In this document: positions 18,293 through 28,176 of the stretch, one piece after another
How positions within the stretch are numbered: the first letter of the stretch is position 1
How the letters are laid out: each line of letters opens with the position of its first letter
Source of the DNA: Candidatus Hadarchaeota archaeon
GTDB lineage: Archaea; CAYQAE01; CAYVLA01
Reading direction: 5' to 3'
Length of the DNA: 64,000 nt
Assembly: GCA_964621445.1 (NCBI GenBank)
Contig: CAZUNO010000008.1
Span: 38,483 to 102,482, forward strand
Notes under the pieces: generated by a model
Seen by the model: only the letters and a program-made list of their open reading frames with translations
The model's database searches: none
Told to the model about the DNA's origin: nothing
Program-made: the position numbers and the translations under genes

Positions 18293-19132
18293 TTGGCTAG
18301 AGAAAGGTTATTTGTTGAGGAAGGCATAAGGAAGGCGGACATAAAGGAGTTTCTGCGGCGAAAGCTGCAGAGAGCCAAATTTGGTGGCCTAGATATAAAG
18401 AGGACAGCCCTCAGGACCCGAATGGTCCTATACGCGGAACGTCCCGGTCTGGTTATCGGACGTAGAGGGAGGAATATTAAGAATCTGACCAAGGTTCTCC
18501 AGGAGAGATACGGTTTTGATAACCTCCAGATAGAGGTGGAGGAGATACCCGTTCCGGAGCTAAGTCCGGAAGTGATGGGGAATCGTCTGGCGGCAATGCT
18601 AAAGGCAGGGAGACGGTTCAGAAGATCCGCCTACGGCACCCTGAATAGGATAATGGATGCCGGCGCCCAGGGTTGTGAAATCACGGTTTCGGGCAAGATC
18701 CGTGGTAATCGTTCCCGAACGGTCAGGTTTGTTGATGGTGCCATAACCAAGTGCGGTGAGCCATCGAACCAAGTACTGGAGGGACTTGCCGTCGCCGACC
18801 TCAAGCAGGGAATGATGGGGATAAGGGTCAAGATAATGCCCCCCGATATACATATGCCGGATGATCTGGATATGGAAAGCCTGAAGGAGAAGGCTGCTCC
18901 GGAAGAGCCCTCTGAAGAGGGTCCAGAGGTGGCCCCCGAAGTTGAGCTTGTGGAGGAAGTCGAGGAGGAATCCGAGGAAATTCCGCCCGAGGAAACAGGG
19001 GAAGCCACGGAGGAGGAATCTCAGGATCTTGAGATAGAAGTAAGGGATGTTCCAAGTGAGGAGGAATCCGAGGTCCCTGAAGAGGATAGTTCTGACTCCG
19101 AAGAGGAGGATGAGGCCGAGGTTGAGGCCTAG
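18293..19132 (+). CDS. rps3: 30S ribosomal protein uS3 with long acidic C-terminal tail
   Basis: RPGLVIGRRG and GAQGCEITVSGK motifs; start moved to TTG 18293. Confidence 0.96.
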   Translation: MARERLFVEEGIRKADIKEFLRRKLQRAKFGGLDIKRTALRTRMVLYAERPGLVIGRRGRNIKNLTKVLQERYGFDNLQIEVEEIPVPELSPEVMGNRLAAMLKAGRRFRRSAYGTLNRIMDAGAQGCEITVSGKIRGNRSRTVRFVDGAITKCGEPSNQVLEGLAVADLKQGMMGIRVKIMPPDIHMPDDLDMESLKEKAAPEEPSEEGPEVAPEVELVEEVEEESEEIPPEETGEATEEESQDLEIEVRDVPSEEESEVPEEDSSDSEEEDEAEVEA

Positions 19133-19146
19133 AGGGGTGAGAAAAA

Positions 19147-19368
19147 ATGGCCATCTTACGTTCAGACGAGATCCGAAACATGCCTGAGGCTGAAATCGAG
19201 GATGAGCTCTCCCGACTTAAGGAGGAGTTGGCGGGAGAAAAGGCGACTATGGCTCTCGGATCGCCCCCGGAGAACCCGGGGAGAATAAGGGAGCTAAGGA
19301 GAACAATTGCTAGAATTCTCACCATTCTCGGTGAGATTTCAGAGGAGAAGGGTGCAAGGAATGAGTGA
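19147..19368 (+). CDS. rpl29: 50S ribosomal protein uL29
   Basis: [18 protein letters not shown] motif. Confidence 0.96.
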   Translation: MAILRSDEIRNMPEAEIEDELSRLKEELAGEKATMALGSPPENPGRIRELRRTIARILTILGEISEEKGARNE

Positions 19369-19669
19369 AGTCTGTCCAACATGTGGGCTTCCGAAGGATT
19401 TGTGTGTTTGCGAAGAGATTGCAAGGGAAAAGCAGAGAATTCGTATCTACGCTACGAGGCGAAGATACGGGAAGTGGATGACAATTATCGAGGGAATAGA
19501 TGACAGAGATGTGGACACGAAGCAACTTACCAAACAGCTGAAGAGCAAACTTGCCTGCGGAGGTACCGTAAAGGAAGGTAGAATAGAGTTTCAGGGTGAT
19601 CATAGGGATCGCGTGAAGGATTATCTCGTTGAGAAGGGATTTGAGGAAGATACCATAGACGTTTCCTAG
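19361..19669 (+). CDS. sui1: Translation initiation factor aIF1 (SUI1/YciH)
   Basis: [21 protein letters not shown] and QGDHR motifs; start moved to ATG 19361. Confidence 0.95.
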   Translation: MSEVCPTCGLPKDLCVCEEIAREKQRIRIYATRRRYGKWMTIIEGIDDRDVDTKQLTKQLKSKLACGGTVKEGRIEFQGDHRDRVKDYLVEKGFEEDTIDVS

Positions 19670-19683
19670 AGAGGAGATAACAG

Positions 19684-19959
19684 ATGGACGATTTGGCGAA
19701 TGCAGTGAGAGGTGAGTTCATCGGAGAAGAGATGAAGGTAGTGTCACCTGGGCTTGCTTCGCCGGTCAGAGGAAGAGTTATTGACGAAACTAGGAACACG
19801 TTCCGCCTCCGGAGAGGGGAGGCGCAGACCTTGGTATGCAAGAAGGGATCCAGAATATTTCTTCGAAGAAAGGAGTCAACTCTCGAGATCCCTGGAGATG
19901 TGCTGATCGGAAATCCCGAGGATCGTATCAAGAAGAAGATTAGGAGTAGAATGAGATGA
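19684..19959 (+). CDS. rnp1: Ribonuclease P protein Rpp29
   Basis: EFIG, GRVIDETRNT and GNPEDRIKK motifs; canonical position. Confidence 0.9.
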   Translation: MDDLANAVRGEFIGEEMKVVSPGLASPVRGRVIDETRNTFRLRRGEAQTLVCKKGSRIFLRRKESTLEIPGDVLIGNPEDRIKKKIRSRMR

Positions 19960-20282
19960 GTGCCAGAGGGCTAGTTACCAAGATTCCAGAATCGGAATGT
20001 CAGGATGATAAGTGTCCATTCCACGGCGCCCTAAAGGTTAGAGGAAAGACCATCGACGGAGTGGTGGTTAGGGACAGGATGGAGAACAGCGTTGTTGTGG
20101 CTACGGAATACCTCCTGTATCAGAGCAAGTTCCGGCGGTATGAGAAGAGGACCGGGAAATATCACGCACACAACCCGGAATGCATAGATGCAACCGTGGG
20201 AGACCGGGTAAGGATAGCGGAATGCAGGCCATTAAGCAAGACCATATCTTTCGTTGTGATCGAGAAGATGGAGGGAGAATAA
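19956..20282 (+). CDS. rps17: 30S ribosomal protein uS17
   Basis: CPFHG and ECRPLSKT motifs. Confidence 0.97.
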   Translation: MSARGLVTKIPESECQDDKCPFHGALKVRGKTIDGVVVRDRMENSVVVATEYLLYQSKFRRYEKRTGKYHAHNPECIDATVGDRVRIAECRPLSKTISFVVIEKMEGE

Positions 20283-20708
20283 TTGCCCAAGAAAGGAATG
20301 GGTGGCTCAAGAGGACAGGTTCATTATACCCCTATAAAGGCCCTGCCCCTCGGTTCACGCCTATTATGCATCGATAACACGGGGGCCAAGGAACTGGAGG
20401 TCGTCTCCGTCATCGGTGAGAAGACGACTAGGAGAAGATACCCCGCCTGCGGGGTGGGAGATATGATCATGGTATCTGTAAAGAAGGGTACCCCTGATAT
20501 GCGCCGTCAGATTCTCCGTGCAGTTGTCGTAAGGCAGAGGAAGGAGTATCGGAGGGACAGCGGTATGAGGGTGAAGTTTGAGGACAACTCCGCCGTTCTG
20601 GTAACCGAGGAAGGAATACCGAGGGGTTCAGAAATCAGGGGCGTTATCGCCCGGGAAGCAGTTGAGAGATGGCCTAGGCTGGGAGGCATAGCCAGCGCAG
20701 TGGCCTAG
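20283..20708 (+). CDS. rpl14: 50S ribosomal protein uL14
   Basis: [14 protein letters not shown] and FEDN motifs. Confidence 0.97.
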   Translation: MPKKGMGGSRGQVHYTPIKALPLGSRLLCIDNTGAKELEVVSVIGEKTTRRRYPACGVGDMIMVSVKKGTPDMRRQILRAVVVRQRKEYRRDSGMRVKFEDNSAVLVTEEGIPRGSEIRGVIAREAVERWPRLGGIASAVA

Positions 20709-20720
20709 GAGGAAAGTTAA

Positions 20721-21092
20721 TTGAGCAATTCAGTAACTTCAAAGCCGTCAAAGGTCAGAAAGAGGCAATTCGCGAGTGATAAGCATAGGAAACGCCGTAA
20801 TCTAAACGCTCACATGTCCCAGGATCTGATCTCCCAATATGGGACCAGAAGCATGCCCCTTAGGGAGGGAGATAAGGTCCGGGTGATGAGGGGAGATTTC
20901 GTTGGCCACGAGGAAGAGGTCAGCGATGTTGATTTGGACAGGGGGATCGTGTATGTAAAGGAGTTGACCAGAGAGAAGGCTGACGGTACCAAGGCCTTCA
21001 TTCCCATACATCCCTCAAACTTGGAAATTACGGATGTTGATCTAGATGATGAAAGAAGACAGAAGATACTACAGAGGAGGGGGCTGCCGTGA
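20721..21092 (+). CDS. rpl24: 50S ribosomal protein uL24
   Basis: GDKVRVMRG and PIHPSNL motifs. Confidence 0.96.
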   Translation: MSNSVTSKPSKVRKRQFASDKHRKRRNLNAHMSQDLISQYGTRSMPLREGDKVRVMRGDFVGHEEEVSDVDLDRGIVYVKELTREKADGTKAFIPIHPSNLEITDVDLDDERRQKILQRRGLP

Positions 21093-21799
21093 AGAGGCAC
21101 ATGAAGCGCTTTTCAGCTCCTAAGCACTGGAAGCTGGAGTCCAAGACCCACACCTTTGCCGTTAAACCCGTACCCGGTCCCCATCCCACCGAGCAAGGAA
21201 TACCTCTTCTGGGTATTGTAAGGGACTTTCTTGGTTACGCCCAGAATGGGAAGGAGGCCAGGCGGGTAATCGAGAATGGAGAGGTTCTGGTCGACCACCA
21301 GACACGGAAGGAACCGAAGTACGCGGCCGGGGTAATGGACGTGATATCAATACCCAAGACCGAAGAGGATTTCCGGCTGGTGCCCGGTGAGAAGGGCCTG
21401 AGGATGCAGCCTATACCAAAATCCAAGTCGGATTTCAAGCTGGTGAGGATAATGGGCAAGACCATGATCCGGGGAGGCAAACTCCAGGTTAATCTGCATG
21501 ATGGCAGTAATATCGAGGTAGACCCCTCCGAGTCCGGGGAATATTCGGTCGGAGACGTGCTGGAGATGACCATCCGGGCCAGAAAAATCAAGGACAAGAT
21601 GAGCATCAAACCGGGAAACATGGCCTACGTATACAAGGGTAGGAACACCGGCAAACTGGGAAGGATAGAGAAGACCATCAAAGGAAAGGCAATGCAGCCC
21701 AATACGGTGATAATGACCGTAAATGATTCGGAACTTCACACCCTGGAGGATTATGTCCTGGTGGTCGGCAGGGAAAGCCCGAAGATAAAGGTGAATTGA
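21089..21799 (+). CDS. rps4e: 30S ribosomal protein eS4
   Basis: HMKRFSAP, PGPH, GVMDVI and NLHDG motifs. Confidence 0.96.
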   Translation: MKRHMKRFSAPKHWKLESKTHTFAVKPVPGPHPTEQGIPLLGIVRDFLGYAQNGKEARRVIENGEVLVDHQTRKEPKYAAGVMDVISIPKTEEDFRLVPGEKGLRMQPIPKSKSDFKLVRIMGKTMIRGGKLQVNLHDGSNIEVDPSESGEYSVGDVLEMTIRARKIKDKMSIKPGNMAYVYKGRNTGKLGRIEKTIKGKAMQPNTVIMTVNDSELHTLEDYVLVVGRESPKIKVN

Positions 21800-21800
21800 G

Positions 21801-22439
21801 ATGGCTACCGAGGAGAACAGCAAAGATGAGGCGGTAGAGGAAGAGGAATCCGCTGAAGATGTAGAGCCGGAGGAGGAGTCTCAGGATCGAGAATCCAAAC
21901 CCGACATAGAAGCTGACGCCTCCTCAGAGACAAAGAACGTTATGCAGGAGCCAGTGCTGAACAAGGTAGTTGTCAACATAGGTGTCGGTGAGGCGGGGGA
22001 AAAGGTTGCCAGAGCGTCCTCCCTCCTAGAATCGCTCACCGGCCAGAGGCCGGTGAGGATTGCGGCCAAGAGAACTAACCGTGATTTTGGCATACGGAAA
22101 GGGGCGACCATAGGATGTAAGGTTACTCTGAGAAACGACAAGGCGAGGAACTTCCTGGAGAAGGCGTTCTCGGCCGTGGGGGATGAACTGAAGAGCAAGT
22201 CCTTCGATGACGAGGGGAATTTTGCCTTTGGCATCGATGAGCACATCAACATATCGGGCGTTAAGTACGATCCATCCATCGGGATATATGGAATGGATGT
22301 CTGTGTCAATGTCGAGAAGAGGGGTTATCGCGTTAAGAGAAGGAAGATCAGGAAGAAGAAAATACCCAGTCACCACAGGGTCACCAGGAAGGAGACCATA
22401 GATTTCATTCAAAGAGAATTCGATGTGAGGGTTGAATAG
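21801..22439 (+). CDS. rpl5: 50S ribosomal protein uL5 with acidic N-terminal extension
   Basis: KVVVNIGVGE, FGIRKG and YDPSIGIYGMD motifs. Confidence 0.97.
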   Translation: MATEENSKDEAVEEEESAEDVEPEEESQDRESKPDIEADASSETKNVMQEPVLNKVVVNIGVGEAGEKVARASSLLESLTGQRPVRIAAKRTNRDFGIRKGATIGCKVTLRNDKARNFLEKAFSAVGDELKSKSFDDEGNFAFGIDEHINISGVKYDPSIGIYGMDVCVNVEKRGYRVKRRKIRKKKIPSHHRVTRKETIDFIQREFDVRVE

Positions 22440-22601
22440 ATGCGTCTGAAAAAGACAGGTAAGAAGAAGTACGGCAATGATGCTTATCACTGTAGGCGTT
22501 GTGGATCAGCTGATGCGGTAATCAGGCAGTACGGCCTGCAGATCTGCCGTCGTTGTTTCAGGGAAATTTCGGAGGATATCGGTTTCAAGAAGCTTGATTA
22601 G
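22440..22601 (+). CDS. rps14: 30S ribosomal protein uS14 (Zn-binding type)
   Basis: Manual translation (53 aa, below the ORF cutoff): MRLKKTGKKKYGNDAYHCRRCGSADAVIRQYGLQICRRCFREISEDIGFKKLD. Confidence 0.95.
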   Translation: MRLKKTGKKKYGNDAYHCRRCGSADAVIRQYGLQICRRCFREISEDIGFKKLD

Positions 22602-22609
22602 GTGATGGC

Positions 22610-23002
22610 ATGGCGTTAAATGATACGTTGGCAAATGCTCTCTCGGCTATAAAGAACAGTCAGATGATGGGGAAGAGGACCTGCGTCATACATCCTGCCT
22701 CTAAGCTTATCGAATCGGTGTTACTACTCGCCCAGAAAGAGGGATATATCGGCGAGTTTGAGCTCTACGATGATGGCAAGGCCGGCGTTTTCAAGGTCGA
22801 ACTCTACGGGGCGATAAATAATTGCGGGGTTATCAAGCCTCGTCATCCAATAAAGAACGGTGAGTTTGAGAAATGGGAGAGGAGATTCCTACCCGCTTCG
22901 AATTTCGGTCACCTTATAGTGAGCACGAATAGGGGAGTTCTTTCCCACAGAACTGCTAGGGAGGAAGGATTGGGCGGAATCCTTCTTGCATACTTCTATT
23001 GA
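22610..23002 (+). CDS. rps8: 30S ribosomal protein uS8
   Basis: DTLANAL, GYIGEFE, INNCGVIKPR and GGILLAY motifs. Confidence 0.97.
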   Translation: MALNDTLANALSAIKNSQMMGKRTCVIHPASKLIESVLLLAQKEGYIGEFELYDDGKAGVFKVELYGAINNCGVIKPRHPIKNGEFEKWERRFLPASNFGHLIVSTNRGVLSHRTAREEGLGGILLAYFY

Positions 23003-23012
23003 GGTCAGTGAT

Positions 23013-23564
23013 ATGGTAACTCCAGAGGCCAGCAAAGATTTTGAGATTCCAGAAGAAGTCGAGGTTTCAAGGGAGGGAAGAACCCTCACGGTTAGTGGAC
23101 CTAAGGGCAGTCTAACCAGAGAATTCCCGGATAGGGATATCCTATTGGAGGTTGAAAATGACCTTCTGACCGTGAAGACCCACTTTCCATCAAAGAAGAA
23201 GGTTGCACTCTTCGGAATGTATTCGGGTAGAGTTAGAAACATGATGCAGGGCGTAACCAAGGGATTTACGTCCAGATTGAAGATAATTAGCTCCCACTTC
23301 CCAATAAGCGTTGAGGTAAGGGACGAAGGGGTCCTGGTGAAAAACTTCCTAGGCGAGAGACACCCGAGGCATGCCCGTATTCACCGGGGATCGCAGGTGT
23401 CGGTTGATGGGGAGTTCATCAGCGTCACCGGGAATGACAAGGATGCAGTTGCTCAGACGGCTGCAAATATCGAACAGGCAACGATCATTCGTGGTAGAGA
23501 TAGACGAATTTTCCAAGACGGCATATATCTCGTGGAGAAGACTCATCTTACGGAGGAATCCTAA
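23013..23564 (+). CDS. rpl6: 50S ribosomal protein uL6
   Basis: GPKG, SHFPI, NFLGE and DRRIFQDGIY motifs; start moved to ATG 23013. Confidence 0.96.
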   Translation: MVTPEASKDFEIPEEVEVSREGRTLTVSGPKGSLTREFPDRDILLEVENDLLTVKTHFPSKKKVALFGMYSGRVRNMMQGVTKGFTSRLKIISSHFPISVEVRDEGVLVKNFLGERHPRHARIHRGSQVSVDGEFISVTGNDKDAVAQTAANIEQATIIRGRDRRIFQDGIYLVEKTHLTEES

Positions 23565-23923
23565 TGTCAAAGGCTAATCAGAGCAATAAGGGTAAAAAGA
23601 AACCCAAATTTGTCAGGTGTAAAGGTCAGCATATGAATAGACTGGGTGATAAGTGGAGAAAGCCCAGGGGGATCGATAGCAAGATGCGTGGATCGGTCTT
23701 CGGAAAACAGAAGATGCCCAAGGTGGGGTATGGTGGAGATAGCAGTTATAGAGGTCTCCACCCCTCGGGCTACGAGGAGGTAACCGTCCATAGGCCGAAG
23801 GATCTCAATGACATGGACCCATCGGTCCAGGCCGCTCGGGTGTCGGGCAAGGTAGGTCTCCAGAAGAAGGAGAGAATTCTTGCCAAGGCCGATGAGCTGG
23901 GAATAAAGATACTGAATAGGTAA
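23564..23923 (+). CDS. rpl32e: 50S ribosomal protein eL32
   Basis: WRKPRGIDSKMR and RGLHPSGY motifs. Confidence 0.96.
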   Translation: MSKANQSNKGKKKPKFVRCKGQHMNRLGDKWRKPRGIDSKMRGSVFGKQKMPKVGYGGDSSYRGLHPSGYEEVTVHRPKDLNDMDPSVQAARVSGKVGLQKKERILAKADELGIKILNR

Positions 23924-23932
23924 GGGTCAAAG

Positions 23933-24382
23933 TTGAATTTACGTTTCGTAAGAAGAATGGCAGCGGATATCCTAGAGGTAGGAGAGAATGCCGTGTGGCT
24001 AGACCCAGAGAGAGGTGGAGAGATATCGACTGCCATCACCAGGGACGACGTCAGGCGGCTTATCAGAGAGGGGAAGATCCGGTCCAGGCCCGAGAATAGT
24101 AAGAGCAAGGGCAGGATGAGGCATAGATCCAGTCAAAAGGCAAAGGGCAGAAGGAAGGGGGCAGGTAAGAGAAAGGGATCCAAGAATGCCCGAAAGCCAA
24201 AGAAGGATGCCTGGGCCAGCAAGATCAGAGCTCTGAGATCCAGGCTTGCCGAGATGCGTGACGAGAGAAGGATAGATCGAAAATCCTATAGGAAGCTTTA
24301 CCGCATGGCCAAGTCCGGGTATTTCAGAAGCGTTTCCCATCTCGAGACCTATGTCAAGGAAAATAACCTAGAGATGAGTTAA
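23933..24382 (+). CDS. rpl19e: 50S ribosomal protein eL19
   Basis: VWLDP, ITRDDVR, KGRRKGAGKRKG and YRKLYRMAK motifs. Confidence 0.96.
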   Translation: MNLRFVRRMAADILEVGENAVWLDPERGGEISTAITRDDVRRLIREGKIRSRPENSKSKGRMRHRSSQKAKGRRKGAGKRKGSKNARKPKKDAWASKIRALRSRLAEMRDERRIDRKSYRKLYRMAKSGYFRSVSHLETYVKENNLEMS

Positions 24383-24383
24383 G

Positions 24384-24953
24384 ATGGCTAAGGGAAGAAC
24401 CTACAGGGTTTCATTGAAAAGACGGAGGGAGGGAAAGACCGACTATAGACGTAGAACCCGTTATCTAGTGTCAGGCCTACCGAGACTTGTAGTTAGGAGG
24501 TCCAATGCCCATTACTTCGTTCACGTGGTCGTTCCTTCCGAGGACGGAGATATAACCATGAGTTCCGCCCATTCGAAGGAGTTGGGTAGTCGCTTCGGTT
24601 GGAAGGGACACGGGTCCAACATCTCAGCAGGATATCTCACGGGATATCTATGCGGCAAGCGTTCCCTGCAGGCGGGCATAACCGAGGCAATCCTCGACAC
24701 CGGACTAGTCATACCTGAAGCCGGCTCCAACGTTTTCGCTGTGCTCAAGGGGGCCATCGATTCCGGCCTTGAGGTTCCCTGTGACCAGGGCTGCTTCCCT
24801 GATATGGATAGGATTGAGGGTAAGTCCGTGGCCGAGGCAGCCGAGGAGGACGATGAGGTCAAGGAATACAGGGGAGAGGGTGTTGAGCCCGGGTCCCTGC
24901 CCGATCACTTCAGAGACGTCTTAGATGAGATTGATGAACAGATGGAGGAATGA
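24384..24953 (+). CDS. rpl18: 50S ribosomal protein uL18
   Basis: RRREGKTDY, RLVVRRSN and YLTGYL motifs. Confidence 0.96.
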   Translation: MAKGRTYRVSLKRRREGKTDYRRRTRYLVSGLPRLVVRRSNAHYFVHVVVPSEDGDITMSSAHSKELGSRFGWKGHGSNISAGYLTGYLCGKRSLQAGITEAILDTGLVIPEAGSNVFAVLKGAIDSGLEVPCDQGCFPDMDRIEGKSVAEAAEEDDEVKEYRGEGVEPGSLPDHFRDVLDEIDEQMEE

Positions 24954-24957
24954 CTAG

Positions 24958-25839
24958 ATGCAAAACGAAGCTTGGGTTCCCAAAACGGAACTCGGAAAGA
25001 AGGTCTTTGATGGTTCAATAACTTCAATGAAGGAGATAATGGAGCAGGGCTCCTCCATACTGGAGACCAATATCGTAGACCACCTGCTTCCCAACATCGA
25101 TAGTGAGATACTCGATATCAACAGGGTTCAGAGGAGAGACCGTTCGGGAAGGAAACTGAGATACCGGGTGGTAATTGTCGTTGGTAACAGGGACGGCTAT
25201 GTTGGTCTGGGTCAGGGGAAGGCGAATGAGGTATATGGATCCATACAGAAGGCAGTCAAGGATGGCAAGAAGAACCTGATCTATGTTAAACGAGGTTGCG
25301 GTAGCTGGGAGTGCGGCTGTGGAAAACCGCACACGGTTCCCTTCATGGTAAGGGGAAAATCCGGTAGCGTCAGCGTCGAATTGGTGCCAGCTCCCAGAGG
25401 AATAGACCTGGCCGCTGGAGGTGTCGCAAGGACCATACTCGAGTTGGCAGGCATAGAGGACGTTTGGTCCAGGGTTCAGGGCAAGAGCCAGACTACATTG
25501 AACTATGCCATTGCCACCTTCGAAGCCCTGAGAAATACAAACTCGGTTCAGGCAAAGGAAAGGGATTTGGAGGTTCTGGGAGTATCCCTGGGCGACATGC
25601 CTAGTGAAGCACCAAAGGCTCCCAAGGTGAAGAAAAAGCAGGTTCAGAAGATCAAAAAAGAACTGAAGAAGCAAGGTGCAGATGTGGAAGAGATAGAGGA
25701 AATTTCCGTAGAGATCGCCGAGGAGCCTGATGAGGAGGATCTTGAGTTGGAGTCCGAGCTTGATGAGGAGGATCTTGAGTTGGAGTCCGAGCTTGATGAG
25801 GAGGAAGAGACCTCCGAAGAGGAATCCGAGGAAGAATGA
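24958..25839 (+). CDS. rps5: 30S ribosomal protein uS5 with long acidic C-terminal tail
   Basis: WVPKTELG, RGCGSWECGC and PAPRG motifs. Confidence 0.97.
   Translation: MQNEAWVPKTELGKKVFDGSITSMKEIMEQGSSILETNIVDHLLPNIDSEILDINRVQRRDRSGRKLRYRVVIVVGNRDGYVGLGQGKANEVYGSIQKAVKDGKKNLIYVKRGCGSWECGCGKPHTVPFMVRGKSGSVSVELVPAPRGIDLAAGGVARTILELAGIEDVWSRVQGKSQTTLNYAIATFEALRNTNSVQAKERDLEVLGVSLGDMPSEAPKAPKVKKKQVQKIKKELKKQGADVEEIEEISVEIAEEPDEEDLELESELDEEDLELESELDEEEETSEEESEEE
25729..25805 (+). repeat. Perfect 33-bp tandem repeat (2.3 copies) encoding DEEDLELESEL in the uS5 tail
   Basis: gatgaggaggatcttgagttggagtccgagctt at 25729 and 25762, with a partial third copy at 25795. Confidence 0.9.
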
Positions 25840-25864
25840 GAGTTAAGATCATTGGTGTTAAGAA

Positions 25865-26329
25865 ATGAAGTTAATCGTCGTGAGAATAAGGGGATCGGTG
25901 AACGTACCCGAGAGGGTTCGTAGGCTGATGACCGATTTGGGTCTGGAAAGGCCAAATAACGTGGTAATCATTCAGGGTAAGGATAGTTACAGGGGCCTGC
26001 TTGTTAAAGCAAGGCACATGATTACCTATGGATCACCCTCAAAGGAAACGATAGCCGCCTTGCTCACTAAGAGGGGCGAGGTCAAGGGGTATGGACGACT
26101 TGATGACCAGTATGTTGCCGATCACACGACCCACTCCTCGATCGATGATTTTGCAGAAGCTCTTCACCAGGACGAGGCTAGCTTGAAGGATCTTCCACTG
26201 CTAAAACGGACATTTAGGTGTAGTCCCCCTTCCAAGGGTTACAGGGACCTGAAGAGGCCCTATGAGTCGGGAGGAGCCTACGGAAACCGCGGGGAAGAGA
26301 TAGACCAACTACTGAAAAGGATGATATAG
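25865..26329 (+). CDS. rpl30: 50S ribosomal protein uL30
   Basis: VVRIRG, PPSKG and GNRGEEIDQLLKRMI motifs. Confidence 0.96.
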   Translation: MKLIVVRIRGSVNVPERVRRLMTDLGLERPNNVVIIQGKDSYRGLLVKARHMITYGSPSKETIAALLTKRGEVKGYGRLDDQYVADHTTHSSIDDFAEALHQDEASLKDLPLLKRTFRCSPPSKGYRDLKRPYESGGAYGNRGEEIDQLLKRMI

Positions 26330-26339
26330 GCTGATCACA

Positions 26340-26792
26340 TTGGCTTTAAAGGACAGAAAGACGAGGAAGAAGAGAGGAAGCAGAACCTGCGGAGGTGGAG
26401 GTGCCAAGAAACGTCGTGGCGCCGGACACCGAGGAGGTAGGGGAAAGGCCGGTACCAAGAAACATATGAAGAGCAAGTACCTGACCAAGGATCCCTCCTA
26501 TCTAGTGGACAAGGGACCGGGAAGGCCTCCGGCCACTATTGAGGAAAAAAAGGCAATTAATATTCGCGCTTTGGAAGAGAGGCGTGAGGGTCTACTGGAT
26601 TCAGGAGTGGCCAAGGAGGGAGATGATGGTATTGAGGTTGACCTTTCTGCCATGGGCTACGATAAGCTCCTTGGCGGTGGAATAGTCAGAAATAAGTGGA
26701 TCGTAAGGACCGAAGCCGCCAGTGGGACCGCAAAAAAGAAGATAGATGAGGCGGGCGGCAATCTGGTGATCGATAAATCGGAGGAGTCCTAG
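26340..26792 (+). CDS. rpl15: 50S ribosomal protein uL15
   Basis: RGSRTCGGG, RGAGHRGGRGKAG and KLLGGG motifs. Confidence 0.96.
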   Translation: MALKDRKTRKKRGSRTCGGGGAKKRRGAGHRGGRGKAGTKKHMKSKYLTKDPSYLVDKGPGRPPATIEEKKAINIRALEERREGLLDSGVAKEGDDGIEVDLSAMGYDKLLGGGIVRNKWIVRTEAASGTAKKKIDEAGGNLVIDKSEES

Positions 26793-26805
26793 GAGGTGTT
26801 TAGGC

Positions 26806-28176
26806 TTGTCAAGATTGGAAGTAATAGACCCCATTCTAAGGTTCCTCCCCGAAGTTGACAAGCCAAAGAGACACGTATCCTTCAAGGAGAAATTCCTCTG
26901 GACGGCCGGGGTGCTGGTTCTTTACTTCGGGCTTCTAACCATACCCGTTTACGGCGTCTCCCCCGGTAGCCTCGATATTTTTGGCACCTTGAGAGCCGTT
27001 TTGGCAGGAAGTCAGGGATCAATACTGGCATTGGGTATCGGTCCCATCGTGACCTCAAGCATCGTTCTACAGCTGCTGGTCGGGGGCAAGATATTAGATC
27101 TGGACATGAGTAATCCCTCAGACAAGGCACTTTTTCAGGGCACGCAAAAACTACTTACCATAATTCTCTGCTTCTTCGAAGGCGTGGTCTATGCGATTTC
27201 CGGCGTTTATACCCTTGCAACTCCCGGTATTGCGTGGCTCGTCGCTCTTCAACTGGCCCTTGGTGGAATACTCGTCATGTTCCTTGACGAGGTTGTTTCC
27301 AAGTGGGGTATAGGCAGCGGAGTGGGGCTATTTATCGCTGCCGGGGTATCACAGACCATCGTCCAGGGAGCGATAAATCCCCTGACTGATCCCAGCGGAC
27401 AGATCATGGGCGCCATACCCGCTTTCATATCCTCAATTCTGAGGGGTTCACCGGAGCTGTTGAGGGGCGCCAGGCTGCCAAGCATTATATCGGTGTTCTT
27501 CACCGTCGTTGTGTTCCTGATAGTCGTATACTCCGAGAGCCTAAAGGTGGAGATACCGCTCTCATACAGCAGGGTTGGCATGAGGGGGAAGTATCCAATA
27601 AGGTTCACCTACGCATCAGTCATCCCCCTCATTCTGACCATGGCCCTATTTGCGAATTTCCGCCTGTGGGCCAACGTGCTTAGCCAGCGGGGAATCTACA
27701 TACTTGGCAAGGTGGTCGACGGCCAAGTTGTGTCCGGAGTAACCAAATATCTTCAGCATCCCGGGGACCTCTTTAACTACGGCAATGCGCCTGGTTATGC
27801 TCTGCACGCCTTTGTATACGTGCTTTTGGTGGTGATTTGTTGTGTGGTATTCGCCATGCTCTGGGTAGAATTGACCAATATAGGCCCACGAGAAGTTGCC
27901 AAACAGATTCATCAATCCGGGATGCATATCCCTGGCTTCCGTAAGGATCGAAGGATAATTGAGAGAATACTCTCACGATACATACCCGCAGTGACCGTGC
28001 TTGGAGGGATATTCGTGGGGTTACTTGCTAGCTTCGCGGATCTGACTAACGCCCTTGGTTCGGGCACCGGGGTGCTTCTTACGGTGGGCATCATATACCA
28101 AATCTATCAGGAGATTCAGAAGGAACAGGCCGCGGAGATGTTCCCCGTGGTCAGGGACTTCCTGGGGAGGGGTTGA
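26806..28176 (+). CDS. secY: Preprotein translocase subunit SecY
   Basis: LGIGPIVT, KWGIGSGVGLFI, IPGFR and GTGVLLTV motifs; about 10 TMs. Confidence 0.98.
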   Translation: MSRLEVIDPILRFLPEVDKPKRHVSFKEKFLWTAGVLVLYFGLLTIPVYGVSPGSLDIFGTLRAVLAGSQGSILALGIGPIVTSSIVLQLLVGGKILDLDMSNPSDKALFQGTQKLLTIILCFFEGVVYAISGVYTLATPGIAWLVALQLALGGILVMFLDEVVSKWGIGSGVGLFIAAGVSQTIVQGAINPLTDPSGQIMGAIPAFISSILRGSPELLRGARLPSIISVFFTVVVFLIVVYSESLKVEIPLSYSRVGMRGKYPIRFTYASVIPLILTMALFANFRLWANVLSQRGIYILGKVVDGQVVSGVTKYLQHPGDLFNYGNAPGYALHAFVYVLLVVICCVVFAMLWVELTNIGPREVAKQIHQSGMHIPGFRKDRRIIERILSRYIPAVTVLGGIFVGLLASFADLTNALGSGTGVLLTVGIIYQIYQEIQKEQAAEMFPVVRDFLGRG

